From a virus (lineage: Duplodnaviria; Heunggongvirae; Uroviricota; Caudoviricetes): 40,719 nt of DNA. Under the pieces are notes generated by a model. That model had not been told where the DNA came from, made no database searches, and saw only the letters and a program-made list of their open reading frames with translations. The stretch lies in the IMG/VR virus record IMGVR_UViG_2734482569_000014. One strand, given 5' to 3'. The translations under genes were made by a program, and so were the position numbers. Shown here piece by piece: positions 26,241 through 35,333 of this stretch. Position 1 is the first letter of the stretch. Each line of letters opens with the position of its first letter.

Positions 26241-26783
26241 GGTTCTACATTGACAGGAGACTTCAACCATAAGAAGTAATCTGAATACTTGAGCAATAAA
26301 TTTACTTAAGATTAATGAGCGCACCTTGCCGGACAAAGATAAACCAAGGTAACACCTTTTTTCTAGCCAGTATGTAATCAATCAGAAAGCCGCTCCATAA
26401 GAACAACAGCAAGACAATAAATTGCCATTACAGCCGCAATAGCCAGCGCACATTTGAGAACCAGCACGACAACCCCCTGTATTAGACGCACACCAGTCCT
26501 GATAAATATGAGGCTGTCTCGTCAGTGATTCAATACAACTATTGGGTATAGTTTCTGTGATTTTATTCTGTAGAAATGGAACACAACAACCAGTCACCAC
26601 CAGCACTTCCTTAAATGCTCTAAGTCAGAAACAAGCCAACATTTTAGTCCGCTTTGAGCGATCTGCAGACATTGCTAGCAGCCTTCTGTGTGAATTCTCA
26701 GGGAGCAGGTCGGCATAGCATCACGTTGAGGCTCTTACCCTACTTGTTCACACCAACCCTAACTCCACAGACTGATTCATAAA

Positions 26784-27785
26784 TTAGTAATCTGCGTGTT
26801 TCGCACTTTTCAGAAATGCTTTCATATTTTCATTAGGTCGCTCAATTTCGAAGTTACTTCCATATAACTCTTGTAATTTTGGCCATAACTTACTTAATAA
26901 CCCTCTCCTGCGATAAAATGGATGTATCCAAACGGTAGATAGGTACGGAGAATTTGCATTTGAATTGTTTATTGTGACCAGCCCAACTAAACATTGTCGA
27001 TAACCACTATTATCCATTGATTGTATTTCTTCGACGAATGGATACGCGATTACATCAGTCCAACCATGATCGGTTGTATCCCATTGCATTCCGTCATGAC
27101 ATTCCTTCGACTGATAGCGGCGTAAAGCTACACACGCGAGCTTTTGCCAATCTGGAGAATTAATTGTGATCTCTTCATCGTATGACGCGCCTATTGGAGC
27201 GGGTATTGGTCTGATTAATCCAGCATGGCATTCATCATAGAACTTCATGTTTCCCTCAGAAACGTTGTGTACGTTGGGTTGCTCCATGTGTGCGCCATTC
27301 AAAAATAGCTCTGATAGTAGTGTATCTACACTGTAATCTTTATTGATTATTGTCGGCTTAGAGTTTTTCTTATTAAGGCCGCGAGTAACGATTTTTTGAT
27401 CAATGTTAACAACATGGAATAATCCGTCGGGGAGGCTAGCGAACCACGATGGGGCATCGGACCAGAATAGCATGCCTTTTGTACTTCTTAAGAGTTTAAT
27501 TAAGTTAATACAAGCTTCTTCACTAGTCTTGCCGTTGATGCGAAGTATGTTAGGACTAAAGTAATATTCATCCATATCAGGGAATGCAGCTTCGCAAAAC
27601 TCCTGTACATAATTTAGCACCTGGATTCTACAGAGATCATCATAGCTGGTAATAACTAAGGGGGTATCTTCATTACTATTATGATTATCAATAATGCAAT
27701 CTATAGCGAGACTTACTGCTTTGCGTATCACTTCAGTTGAATCTAACGACTCTAAAAATTTTGTCTTTCGTGTGCGAATATCCAT
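26784..27785 (-). CDS. Two-domain protein with C-terminal GNAT acetyltransferase-like domain
   Basis: 333 aa; C-terminal VWIHPFYRRRGLLSKLW resembles the GNAT acetyl-CoA-binding motif; N-terminal about 240 aa unassigned; AT-rich codon usage. Confidence 0.5.
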   Translation of the reverse strand: MDIRTRKTKFLESLDSTEVIRKAVSLAIDCIIDNHNSNEDTPLVITSYDDLCRIQVLNYVQEFCEAAFPDMDEYYFSPNILRINGKTSEEACINLIKLLRSTKGMLFWSDAPSWFASLPDGLFHVVNIDQKIVTRGLNKKNSKPTIINKDYSVDTLLSELFLNGAHMEQPNVHNVSEGNMKFYDECHAGLIRPIPAPIGASYDEEITINSPDWQKLACVALRRYQSKECHDGMQWDTTDHGWTDVIAYPFVEEIQSMDNSGYRQCLVGLVTINNSNANSPYLSTVWIHPFYRRRGLLSKLWPKLQELYGSNFEIERPNENMKAFLKSAKHADY

Positions 27786-27800
27786 GTATGACCTGCGCTA

Positions 27801-28823
27801 TTAAAATTCATGAATGAACGGTTTGTCATCTGGTTGCAAAATGGTGGTTTTATTCGTTGCTACATTTAAACTGTTGTAGAGCATAATTGCCAGGTTCGAT
27901 GCATTTTCAATCAGCGTTTCAAGATCCTGGTCTGTAATCACTACGAGGTTCCCTTCTTTATCCTTTCCACCACGATGCACTAAGTGATTTCGATTGAGGG
28001 TTGCCAATTCAATAGCTTCTATCGGACAGTCTTTTTGTACTTTTATATCGAATGTAGCTTCATAGCGGTCGATTACCTTTTTAGTGCTATGCCAGCTTGC
28101 ACTGATCAAGTGTTCCTTGATTGACCTGATTAGCTCTCCCCTAATTTTCTCGATGGGTTCACCCTTGAAAGGCAACGCAGCAATATCTTTGCTTACTTTA
28201 AATTCAGTCTTACCTTTTTCTATACAATTGGCTATGTAGACATCATCTTTCTCTATAGAATTAATGAATAGCTCAACATAAAGCGTTTCCAAAGCTGTAA
28301 TAACATTCGTGTAGAGCAAACTAAGCAAGTGGTTTTTTTGCTGTTGTTCAGTTTTATCTTTTGCAAGTTTTTTTATTTTATCGATATTATCAATGAATTT
28401 TAAATACGGATTACCGGAAGACGTTACAGCGTCGTAGATATCATCATCGTACCAATCATCTATATTATTTGAGTTTCCAGACCAGTCAAAACATTGTGTT
28501 TGTAATTCATCTACTAATTCCTCAATATACTCAGATTTAACATATTGACCGAAGATGGATTGTAGTTCTTCGCTCGCATCATACGGCCCGCCATATATGT
28601 AAGCATAGCCACCTTCTCTACTTTCATACGGACAAGCATTTGCCGGATCTTCAAAGTTTTCAAAGAACCAGTTTTTCATTACTTCGAGTTGATCTTTTTT
28701 GCTTATGTATTTTAAAGATTTTAGTGGAACTTTCTTTCCATTAACCTCGAAAACAATTTTCACGATGTAACGCTCCCTTGTATCAATTGCGCAACTATTA
28801 TACCACAGCGAAATACAGGGCAT
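27801..28823 (-). CDS. HEPN-motif protein (candidate RNase, Abi-like)
   Basis: Likely start MPCISLWYN with AAGGAGG SD (track ORF begins upstream at a GTG, 28892); C-terminal LNRNHLVHRGG fits the R-x4-H HEPN signature; AT-rich; 15 nt upstream of the GNAT gene on the same strand. Confidence 0.45.
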   Translation of the reverse strand: MPCISLWYNSCAIDTRERYIVKIVFEVNGKKVPLKSLKYISKKDQLEVMKNWFFENFEDPANACPYESREGGYAYIYGGPYDASEELQSIFGQYVKSEYIEELVDELQTQCFDWSGNSNNIDDWYDDDIYDAVTSSGNPYLKFIDNIDKIKKLAKDKTEQQQKNHLLSLLYTNVITALETLYVELFINSIEKDDVYIANCIEKGKTEFKVSKDIAALPFKGEPIEKIRGELIRSIKEHLISASWHSTKKVIDRYEATFDIKVQKDCPIEAIELATLNRNHLVHRGGKDKEGNLVVITDQDLETLIENASNLAIMLYNSLNVATNKTTILQPDDKPFIHEF

Positions 28824-28961
28824 AACCTGCCTCCTTAAACTAACATACCATGAGCCAGCAATGTCCGCTATTGGCACAAAGCGGACAACCACGCTAGCTC
28901 TCCCCTGTGCCAGAAAAATGTCAATTTACATATGAACTAATGCTCTTTGATCTAGTAACGT

Positions 28962-29393
28962 CTATAAATACCGAAGATTTCCTTGATAAAATGCCAGTAC
29001 ACGTTTCATAACTTCACTCTTCCGGCACTCGCGACAGATTATGTTCTGACGCCTGTCATAGCGGCGTATTTCTCCGTCTGGTAATGACCAGATAAGGTCA
29101 GGATCAACCACAACCGTTTTTTTCACCTTTGCCCTGGATAGTTTTTTGCGGGCGTTTTTCCAATCCTTACGAGCCTGTTCAGACGGGAATAACCCATAGC
29201 CAGAGTTGTATACATCGCCACTGGCAACCAACTCTCTGGCAAGAATGCTCATCAGATATCTTGTCGCACCTGTCTTGGCCTCCAGTTGCCTTAACGTCTC
29301 GCGCCCACTCTGGCGTACCAACTCAACAACCTGCTCCTTAATTTTTTCACGCTCTTCCTGTGTAAAAACTTTTGCCATAAGCGCCTCCGGCAA
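28962..29393 (-). CDS. Hypothetical early-operon protein
   Basis: 143 aa lysine/arginine-rich ORF with C-terminal CRECR pair; no family recognised. Confidence 0.35.
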   Translation of the reverse strand: MPEALMAKVFTQEEREKIKEQVVELVRQSGRETLRQLEAKTGATRYLMSILARELVASGDVYNSGYGLFPSEQARKDWKNARKKLSRAKVKKTVVVDPDLIWSLPDGEIRRYDRRQNIICRECRKSEVMKRVLAFYQGNLRYL

Positions 29394-30206
29394 TCACTTT
29401 TCCGACACAATACGACTGGAGGAATCGACAATCTGTCGGACAATATCCCGGTGCTTGTTCAGCTCCCGCAGCGCGGCGCAGACTCGCTCCCACTTCTGGA
29501 CATGATTTTTCGCCCGACGCAGTTCGCGGTTTGCCATATGCAGCGATGGTAAAACTAGGTCATCCGCTTGCGTTTCAGTAAACGATGGCAGCGACTGCAC
29601 AATGTCCGCCACAGTTTCTGTTTTAATATCTTCCTGTGTTGCCGCTTCCTGTACTGGTAACGCAACACCGGCTGGCTGAGGAAAGGCTTTACCATCAGTT
29701 TCCGCTACCGATGCAGCTTTCGGCTCTGCTGGTAAATTATCGCCCGGCATGCAGTAACGAAATTTACTGTTCTGGTTTACGCGAATCAGGCGTCCTTTGC
29801 TGATTGCCATTGCCAGCGTTGAAGCAACTTTGCGGGATGTTGTACCGAACAGCGTAGCCAGTTCATCCGCCGTTTGTGGTCCGCGTTGTTCAATCGTCGC
29901 GGTTAAATCGCACTCTGAGATTTTCACTACAGTTGCCGTGGTGGTTTCTTCCGGCAGTTCTGCCTGCATTGGCTGTTCCTGCTGAACGTTGTTATCAGCC
30001 ACACGCCAGGTGTACGCGCTTTTATCAACGAAACCAGCTTTTTTCAGTTCCCATAGTTCGTTCAGCACTTCTTCACGACTGATATCAAGTCGCGCAGCAA
30101 GTTCTATGGATGTGGCTTTTCCCATTGCTTTCAGTGCGTCAAAAACAGTCTCCATAAAAATTTCCTCCCGGTAAAAATTACTTCTCAATTCCTGGCTGGA
30201 CGACAT
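29394..30206 (-). CDS. YdaW-like hypothetical protein (possible winged-helix N-terminus)
   Basis: 270 aa ORF downstream of the DnaC-like gene; true start may be the internal [11 protein letters not shown]. Confidence 0.4.
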   Translation of the reverse strand: MSSSQELRSNFYREEIFMETVFDALKAMGKATSIELAARLDISREEVLNELWELKKAGFVDKSAYTWRVADNNVQQEQPMQAELPEETTTATVVKISECDLTATIEQRGPQTADELATLFGTTSRKVASTLAMAISKGRLIRVNQNSKFRYCMPGDNLPAEPKAASVAETDGKAFPQPAGVALPVQEAATQEDIKTETVADIVQSLPSFTETQADDLVLPSLHMANRELRRAKNHVQKWERVCAALRELNKHRDIVRQIVDSSSRIVSEK

Positions 30207-30924
30207 TCGGACGCCAGCTCTCCCAGTTAAAATTCACCCATCGCCCGCCGTTCATGGTCATGCGATCCATAATCCGCTCGCCGAGCAATGTTTTCATGGC
30301 CTCATAGTTCAGGTTTGTCAGCATCCCCACGCTGCGCATCGACGCTGTCCGGCGATCAACAATCTGGTGCAGCACCACCTGCTCGTTTTTCGTCTCGCGC
30401 TGAATGCCAATTTCATCAAGAACCAGCAGATCCACTTCGCATAGTTCCCGCAAAAATTTTTCGCCTGACTGCCCATCGTCATAGCTGGCGTGCAGGGCAC
30501 TCATAACATCAGCCACGGTAACCACAATCACTGTCTGACCGTCTTTCAGCAGGCGATTCCCGATAGCTGCCGCTAAGTGGTTCTTCCCGGTACCAGGTTT
30601 TCCGCTGAACGCAAAATTTGTACACCCGGTCATCAGTTCATCAGCGATGGATTTCGCCTGACTCAACGCGTATCGCTGCGCTTCGTTCTGCACCTGGTAA
30701 TTCGAAAACGAGCATTTGCGGTGCAATGGCTGGATGCCAGAGCGATTCAGAATTTTTTCCACCCGCAACTGACGATTCTGACGGTTGATCTCCTCACAAC
30801 GTTTCTGGCCTTCGGAAAGTTGCCACTCGCGCCACTCCGCTACCGTCTTGAATGGCGCGGTTACATGTGACGGGGCCAGTCTGCGGATACGTTCAAGAAC
30901 GTCGCCTGTCGCAATATTTTTCAT
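30178..30924 (-). CDS. ydaV: DnaC/IstB-like replication helicase loader
   Basis: Walker [16 protein letters not shown] and Walker B LLVLDEIG; follows the O-like gene. Confidence 0.85.
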   Translation of the reverse strand: MKNIATGDVLERIRRLAPSHVTAPFKTVAEWREWQLSEGQKRCEEINRQNRQLRVEKILNRSGIQPLHRKCSFSNYQVQNEAQRYALSQAKSIADELMTGCTNFAFSGKPGTGKNHLAAAIGNRLLKDGQTVIVVTVADVMSALHASYDDGQSGEKFLRELCEVDLLVLDEIGIQRETKNEQVVLHQIVDRRTASMRSVGMLTNLNYEAMKTLLGERIMDRMTMNGGRWVNFNWESWRPNVVQPGIEK

Positions 30925-30930
30925 GGTCAG

Positions 30931-31788
30931 TTACCCCCTGAAGCCTGGCGGGATCGCACTATCCGGTAACGAGACGGTGTTAACCTGTCGGAGTAACGTC
31001 TCAGGTCGAACACCTTTCGGCGCGAACAAGCCCTGGTATTCATTGGCGATGCTGTGTCGAATCACCTGCTCAGGTGAAAAACCCTGCTGGCGGAATTTTT
31101 CCAGCTCCCGTATCGCCCCGTTAGCGCCCTGCTCCGTTCGAATCGGTTTTCGCAATGCCTGGCGAAATTCAACCCACTCACGCCAAAGCGAGACAGAAAT
31201 CCAGTTCGGCAAAGCAATATCCAGAGGGTCAAACTTTTTGACACCTCGATTCCCCCGGGGGGGATTTAGGGGGGGATCTGTTTTTAGATCTTTATCTGTA
31301 TCTTTATTAGTTGCCTTTGTGTTGACATCATGTTCAAACACCACTTCAACATCTGTTTGAACACCTGTTAAATTTCTCTCTTGTTTTGTTTGAACATCTG
31401 CTTCCTTTCTGCTTCTTCTGGCCTGAACAGATGCTTTTCCTGCGGCTGATTTTTTGGTTAATTTTTCCCTGACTGATGCCAGATCTTCCTCAATCCGAAG
31501 ATGCACCCATTCCTCGCCGTTATCGCAAAAAAACTCCTGCAAGGATGGTTCAACATCAGCCCATCGCTCGTTAGTCAGACGGGCAATTTTTGCCAGCCTG
31601 TTTTTAGGTATTGGCTTTCCTGTTTGCCAGTAATTGAACATCAGCAACAAATACGCACCATGCTCCTCTGCTGACAAATGCATGGTGTCAGCCAGGTAAT
31701 CAGCTATGTACAGTTGCATGTATGGTAATGCGGCCATAATTGCCCCGTATGATGCTGCCCGGTGGCTTAGAATAAGCACAAACAGCAT
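30931..31788 (-). CDS. ydaU: Replication initiation O-like protein (YdaU-like)
   Basis: 285 aa; position between YdaT-like and DnaC-like genes; same length as Rac YdaU as recalled. Confidence 0.65.
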   Translation of the reverse strand: MLFVLILSHRAASYGAIMAALPYMQLYIADYLADTMHLSAEEHGAYLLLMFNYWQTGKPIPKNRLAKIARLTNERWADVEPSLQEFFCDNGEEWVHLRIEEDLASVREKLTKKSAAGKASVQARRSRKEADVQTKQERNLTGVQTDVEVVFEHDVNTKATNKDTDKDLKTDPPLNPPRGNRGVKKFDPLDIALPNWISVSLWREWVEFRQALRKPIRTEQGANGAIRELEKFRQQGFSPEQVIRHSIANEYQGLFAPKGVRPETLLRQVNTVSLPDSAIPPGFRG

Positions 31789-31800
31789 GGAAACTTTTGC

Positions 31801-32223
31801 TTAATGAACAATGACAGAATCGTCGGAAGACCCGCCGCCGCTGAAATGCGCTTTCCGGTAAACGGCTTGGACTGCATCATCATGCGCATCAATTGCCGTA
31901 CTTAACGCTTCCTGCGCCGCCAGTAATGCACGGCGTTCCAGGGTATCGAAGATGCAGAGTCGGTGACGCAGCTCGCGCGGAAGGATTGCCAGAATTGCTG
32001 GGATCAGCTTCTGAATTTTTTCTCTTTGCGTTTTCGTTTCACCTTTCAACCAACGGTGATAGATATTCTGCTGATTATTCCAGTCCTTGCCTGGTACCAG
32101 GGGCAATTCGCCGCCCCCCTGGCGCAGATATTCTTCAGTAATGGCATTGGCTACCCATGCCTGCCCTTTTTCGGCTGCCAGGGCTAACAACACTGACTCG
32201 ATGTGCTCATGCTTGATTTTCAT
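31801..32223 (-). CDS. ydaT: YdaT-like protein
   Basis: 140 aa, same length and position as Rac YdaT (downstream of cro-like ydaS). Confidence 0.65.
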   Translation of the reverse strand: MKIKHEHIESVLLALAAEKGQAWVANAITEEYLRQGGGELPLVPGKDWNNQQNIYHRWLKGETKTQREKIQKLIPAILAILPRELRHRLCIFDTLERRALLAAQEALSTAIDAHDDAVQAVYRKAHFSGGGSSDDSVIVH

Positions 32224-32474
32224 GAATCAACTCCCATCAGCTTTTTCGTAGTAGTTTTATTTCTGCCAATAGTTAAAATTACATCAGCAGAAAATAATCC
32301 GTTTGATGCATGAGCGATTTTTTCAGCGTAATTTGTTTCGCCGGTATATTCTGTGCGAGGCAATTTTCCGTTATCCATCCATTTGTAGATTGCTCTTTGG
32401 CTGACACCACAAACGTCGGCCACAACAGAAACGCGAACAGTTTTGATTACATCTTCAAGTGTTTTCTGGTTCAT
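32220..32474 (-). CDS. ydaS: Cro-like HTH regulator (YdaS-like)
   Basis: Likely start MNQKTLEDVIK; HTH segment CGVSQRAIYKWMDNGKLP; divergent from racR. Confidence 0.6.
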   Translation of the reverse strand: MNQKTLEDVIKTVRVSVVADVCGVSQRAIYKWMDNGKLPRTEYTGETNYAEKIAHASNGLFSADVILTIGRNKTTTKKLMGVDS

Positions 32475-32481
32475 ATCACCC

Positions 32482-32533
32482 TCACAATGTGAACTTTGAG
32501 TACATGCTATAACAGAACTGACAGTACATTCAA
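32482..32533. promoter_or_regulatory. Immunity-region operators and divergent promoter region
   Basis: Palindrome TCACAATGTGA (32482..32492); AGTACAT copies at 32499..32505 and 32523..32529; minus-strand promoter -35 TTGAAT (32528..32533), -10 TATAGC (32506..32511). Confidence 0.35.
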
Positions 32534-32535
32534 GA

Positions 32536-32973
32536 GTGAATATCATTGAACTTATGGTTCATGAAGATAAAGCGCGTAAAGAGTTCGCCAGTAGGCTTGC
32601 GCTAGCCTGTGAAAACGCTGGTTATGAACAACATGGAAGGCAGGCAGAAATTGCCCGTCGAATGAAATTAACACCAAAAGCGGTTAGCAAATGGTTTAAT
32701 GGCGAAACAATTCCTCGCCGAGAGAAATTAAGGGAATTAGCAACACTCATTGGAACAACACCAACCTATCTTTTGGGAGAGGATACAGAAGAAAGTGGAC
32801 AGGTACGTTTCTATCAGGAGTTAAATCCAAGACAAAAAATCATCATTGACCTTCTGGACGAGCTCCCTGACAGTGAGACAGATGAACTTTTAAAAACTCT
32901 TGAGGAGAAAAAACAGAAGTACAATGCAATTTACGAAGAGCTAGCACGAAAGAAAAAACAAAAAGCCTCTTAA
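32536..32973 (+). CDS. racR: CI-like repressor (XRE-family HTH), RacR-like
   Basis: HTH segment QAEIARRMKLTPKAVSKWFNGETIP; divergent to cro-like gene; position as in Rac. Confidence 0.7.
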   Translation: MNIIELMVHEDKARKEFASRLALACENAGYEQHGRQAEIARRMKLTPKAVSKWFNGETIPRREKLRELATLIGTTPTYLLGEDTEESGQVRFYQELNPRQKIIIDLLDELPDSETDELLKTLEEKKQKYNAIYEELARKKKQKAS

Positions 32974-33263
32974 ACCAGCATAAATCCGGTAGCGTCCCCC
33001 TCCGGGTTTGTGCTTCACTTTATCCCATCTCATTTTTTTACACACAAAATGTACTTATAGTACTTTACATCAATGAACACAAAGTACATTATATACCTAC
33101 CAACCCACCCCGCCCCACAGAACGCAGGGCAATACTTCGAGTTACCAGGCAGTGGTCAGGGGTTAAGTAGCCAGCCCGAGGCGTATGAACATGACGGCAG
33201 GGTTCAGATTTTGCAGTGCAGCAGGTTTCAGTTCCGCCACCCGGCGTTAAGGGGAGAGATAAG

Positions 33264-33398
33264 ATGGTGCATTACGAAGTAGTTCAGTATTTGATGGATT
33301 GTTGCGGTATCACTTACAACCAGGCTGTGCAGGCTTTACGCAGCAACGACTGGGATCTCTGGCAGGCAGAAGTCGCTATACACAGCAACAAGATGTGA
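33264..33398 (+). CDS. ydaG: Small Rac protein YdaG-like (44 aa)
   Basis: MVHYEVVQYLMDCCGITYNQ... with AAGGGGAGAG SD; size matches Rac YdaG. Confidence 0.55.
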   Translation: MVHYEVVQYLMDCCGITYNQAVQALRSNDWDLWQAEVAIHSNKM

Positions 33399-33408
33399 GA
33401 TTCGCAAA

Positions 33409-33564
33409 ATGCAAAAAATCGACCTCGGCAACAACGAATCCCTGGTGTGCGGCGTGTTCCCCAACCAGGATGGAACGTTCACTGCCATGACGTATACCAA
33501 AAGCAAAACATTTAAAACCGAAACTGGTGCGCGCCGATGGTTGGAGAAGCACACAGTAAGCTAA
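33409..33564 (+). CDS. ydaF: Small Rac protein YdaF-like (51 aa)
   Basis: Hand translation MQKIDLGNNESLVCGVFPNQDGTFTAMTYTKSKTFKTETGARRWLEKHTVS; below track cutoff. Confidence 0.55.
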   Translation: MQKIDLGNNESLVCGVFPNQDGTFTAMTYTKSKTFKTETGARRWLEKHTVS

Positions 33565-34049
33565 CGATTAAAACGTCTACTCCTGCTGTTCCAGAATAAC
33601 TTCATAAAATGGGAGTATTTTTCGGTGACGAGATAATAAGAACAGTTTGCGCTATCACTCTGATGTTGAATGATGCCCTTCCGTTCTAATTTTTTCATAA
33701 CCGGGTTACGGCAAGGAGAAGTGATAATAAGATTTCCTGTTTTAAGGAAATCTTTAAATACAGCGATTTCTTTCTCAGATAAACGAAGCAATACTCGTTG
33801 CTCTGGTAGTAATGAATAATGCTTTTGAATATGTGCTCGCAATCTTGAGAAGGAAATGGCGACCACGAAAGAAAAGGCAAAAACGATAATCTGAAAGAGC
33901 CAAGGTATTTCAGTATAAGCATTGAATGCGACAGTAAACTCTTTCGGTATCAGCCAGAGAGTGAGACCAAAAATGATAATCGTATACATAAGTATTTCGA
34001 GTGGCTCGTTAGCAAAAAGTTTCAACAATGGAGTAAATACATCCAACAT
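33561..34049 (-). CDS. sieB: Superinfection exclusion protein B
   Basis: Likely start MLDVFTPLLKLFANEPLEILMYTIIIFGL giving 162 aa with N-terminal TM segments, as for Rac SieB. Confidence 0.75.
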   Translation of the reverse strand: MLDVFTPLLKLFANEPLEILMYTIIIFGLTLWLIPKEFTVAFNAYTEIPWLFQIIVFAFSFVVAISFSRLRAHIQKHYSLLPEQRVLLRLSEKEIAVFKDFLKTGNLIITSPCRNPVMKKLERKGIIQHQSDSANCSYYLVTEKYSHFMKLFWNSRSRRFNR

Positions 34050-34490
34050 ATCAATAACTCTCAACTGTAAGGGTATTGAAATGTTAACACAAGCTCTCGC
34101 TGTAGGGGTATAGCCGAGACCACCGAAGCCCGGAGGTGGTGAAATAAAACCGGGCACAACACGAAGGCGCATTTCCGATATCCATAAAGAGTCGGTCTTG
34201 TCTGTTAAATTTAAATGGTGGGAGTGCGCCTCCGGTTGTAAATAACGACATTGCTGTGTGTAGTCCTGGCGGCATCAGTTTTTTTCTTGAAGTTCGGCTG
34301 ATGTCCGCCCTTTTTAAAGTGAATTTTGTGATGCGGTGAATGCGGCTAAGCGCACGTGGCACAGTTAAAAGTCATGTTAGTCCTTATTGGTTTGGGTGGG
34401 AAAGCCGACTGTAATTGTTAACTGGTTGCAGTCACCTGGAGGCACCAGGCACCGCATCAACAAAGTTCATTTGTAAAAATGGAGATAATT

Positions 34491-34712
34491 ATGATTGCAC
34501 ATCACTTCGGAACTGATGAAATACCACGTCAGTGTGTGACTCCTGGCGATTATGTTCTTCATGAAGGCCGGACATATATTGCCTCGGCAAACAATATTAA
34601 AAAGCGAAAACTATATATTCGTAACCTGACCACAAAAACATGCATTACTGACCGCATGATTAAAGTCTTCCTCGGTCGTGATGGTTTACCTGTAAAGGCG
34701 GAGTCATGGTGA
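34491..34712 (+). CDS. kilR: FtsZ inhibitor KilR
   Basis: [35 protein letters not shown]..., 73 aa, matches Rac KilR as recalled. Confidence 0.75.
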   Translation: MIAHHFGTDEIPRQCVTPGDYVLHEGRTYIASANNIKKRKLYIRNLTTKTCITDRMIKVFLGRDGLPVKAESW

Positions 34713-34882
34713 TGACTAAGAAAATAAAATGTGCTTACCACCTTTGCAAAAAAGACGTTGAAGAAAGCAAAGCTATTGAAAGAATGCTTCACTTCATGCA
34801 CGGGATTTTATCAAAAGACGAACCGAGAAAATATTGCAGTGAAGCTTGTGCCGAAAAAGACCAGATGGCACATGAACTTTAA
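34712..34882 (+). CDS. ydaE: YdaE-like zinc-binding small protein (56 aa)
   Basis: Hand translation [56 protein letters not shown]; start overlaps kilR stop (TGATG). Confidence 0.55.
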   Translation: MTKKIKCAYHLCKKDVEESKAIERMLHFMHGILSKDEPRKYCSEACAEKDQMAHEL

Positions 34883-34956
34883 TTAATTGACTATTCGAAA
34901 CTGAATTTATGCCAGAAATGGCAGGTATTCGCTCAACCTTAATTAAGGAGAAAAAC

Positions 34957-35232
34957 ATGATTACCAATTATGAAGCCACTGTTGTAACTACCGATGACAT
35001 TGTTCACGAGGTGAATCTGGAAGGAAAGCGCATTGGCTACGTAATTAAAACAGAAAATAAAGAAACCCCATTCACTGTGGTTGATATCGATGGTCCATCA
35101 GGCAACGTAAAAACACTTGATGAAGGTGTCAAAAAAATGTGCCTGGTGCATATCGGAAAGAATCTGCCCGCAGAAAAAAAAGCCGAATTTCTGGCAACTC
35201 TAATTGCAATGAAATTAAAAGGTGAAATCTGA
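34957..35232 (+). CDS. racC: RacC
   Basis: MITNYEATVVTTDDIVHEV..., 91 aa; immediately upstream of recE. Confidence 0.7.
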   Translation: MITNYEATVVTTDDIVHEVNLEGKRIGYVIKTENKETPFTVVDIDGPSGNVKTLDEGVKKMCLVHIGKNLPAEKKAEFLATLIAMKLKGEI

Positions 35233-35333
35233 AAGAAATAGCCTGCGTATGGCGCAGGCTATGAACAGTGTGTATCCGGCAAGATCATTCACTGAACAAA
35301 ACGAATTTTAATCTGAGTTGAGGTTAAAAAACA

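Noticed and set aside
26382-26606. Cysteine-rich 74-aa minus-strand ORF (possible microcin-like peptide)
   Set aside because: No SD or start context seen; the composition looks like an out-of-frame read of GC-skewed DNA; sits in a junction region between cassettes.
25011-26783. Toxin or virulence cargo (for example Shiga toxin) in the AT-rich block
   Set aside because: The only convincing genes there are the YeaR-like gene and a small peptide; no AB5-toxin-like ORF pair or secreted-effector-like protein is present.
28893-28961. Promoter for the HEPN/GNAT cassette based on a perfect TTGACA
   Set aside because: A perfect -35 hexamer is present on the minus strand but I could not find an acceptable -10 at 16 to 18 nt spacing; the cassette may instead be read from upstream early transcripts.
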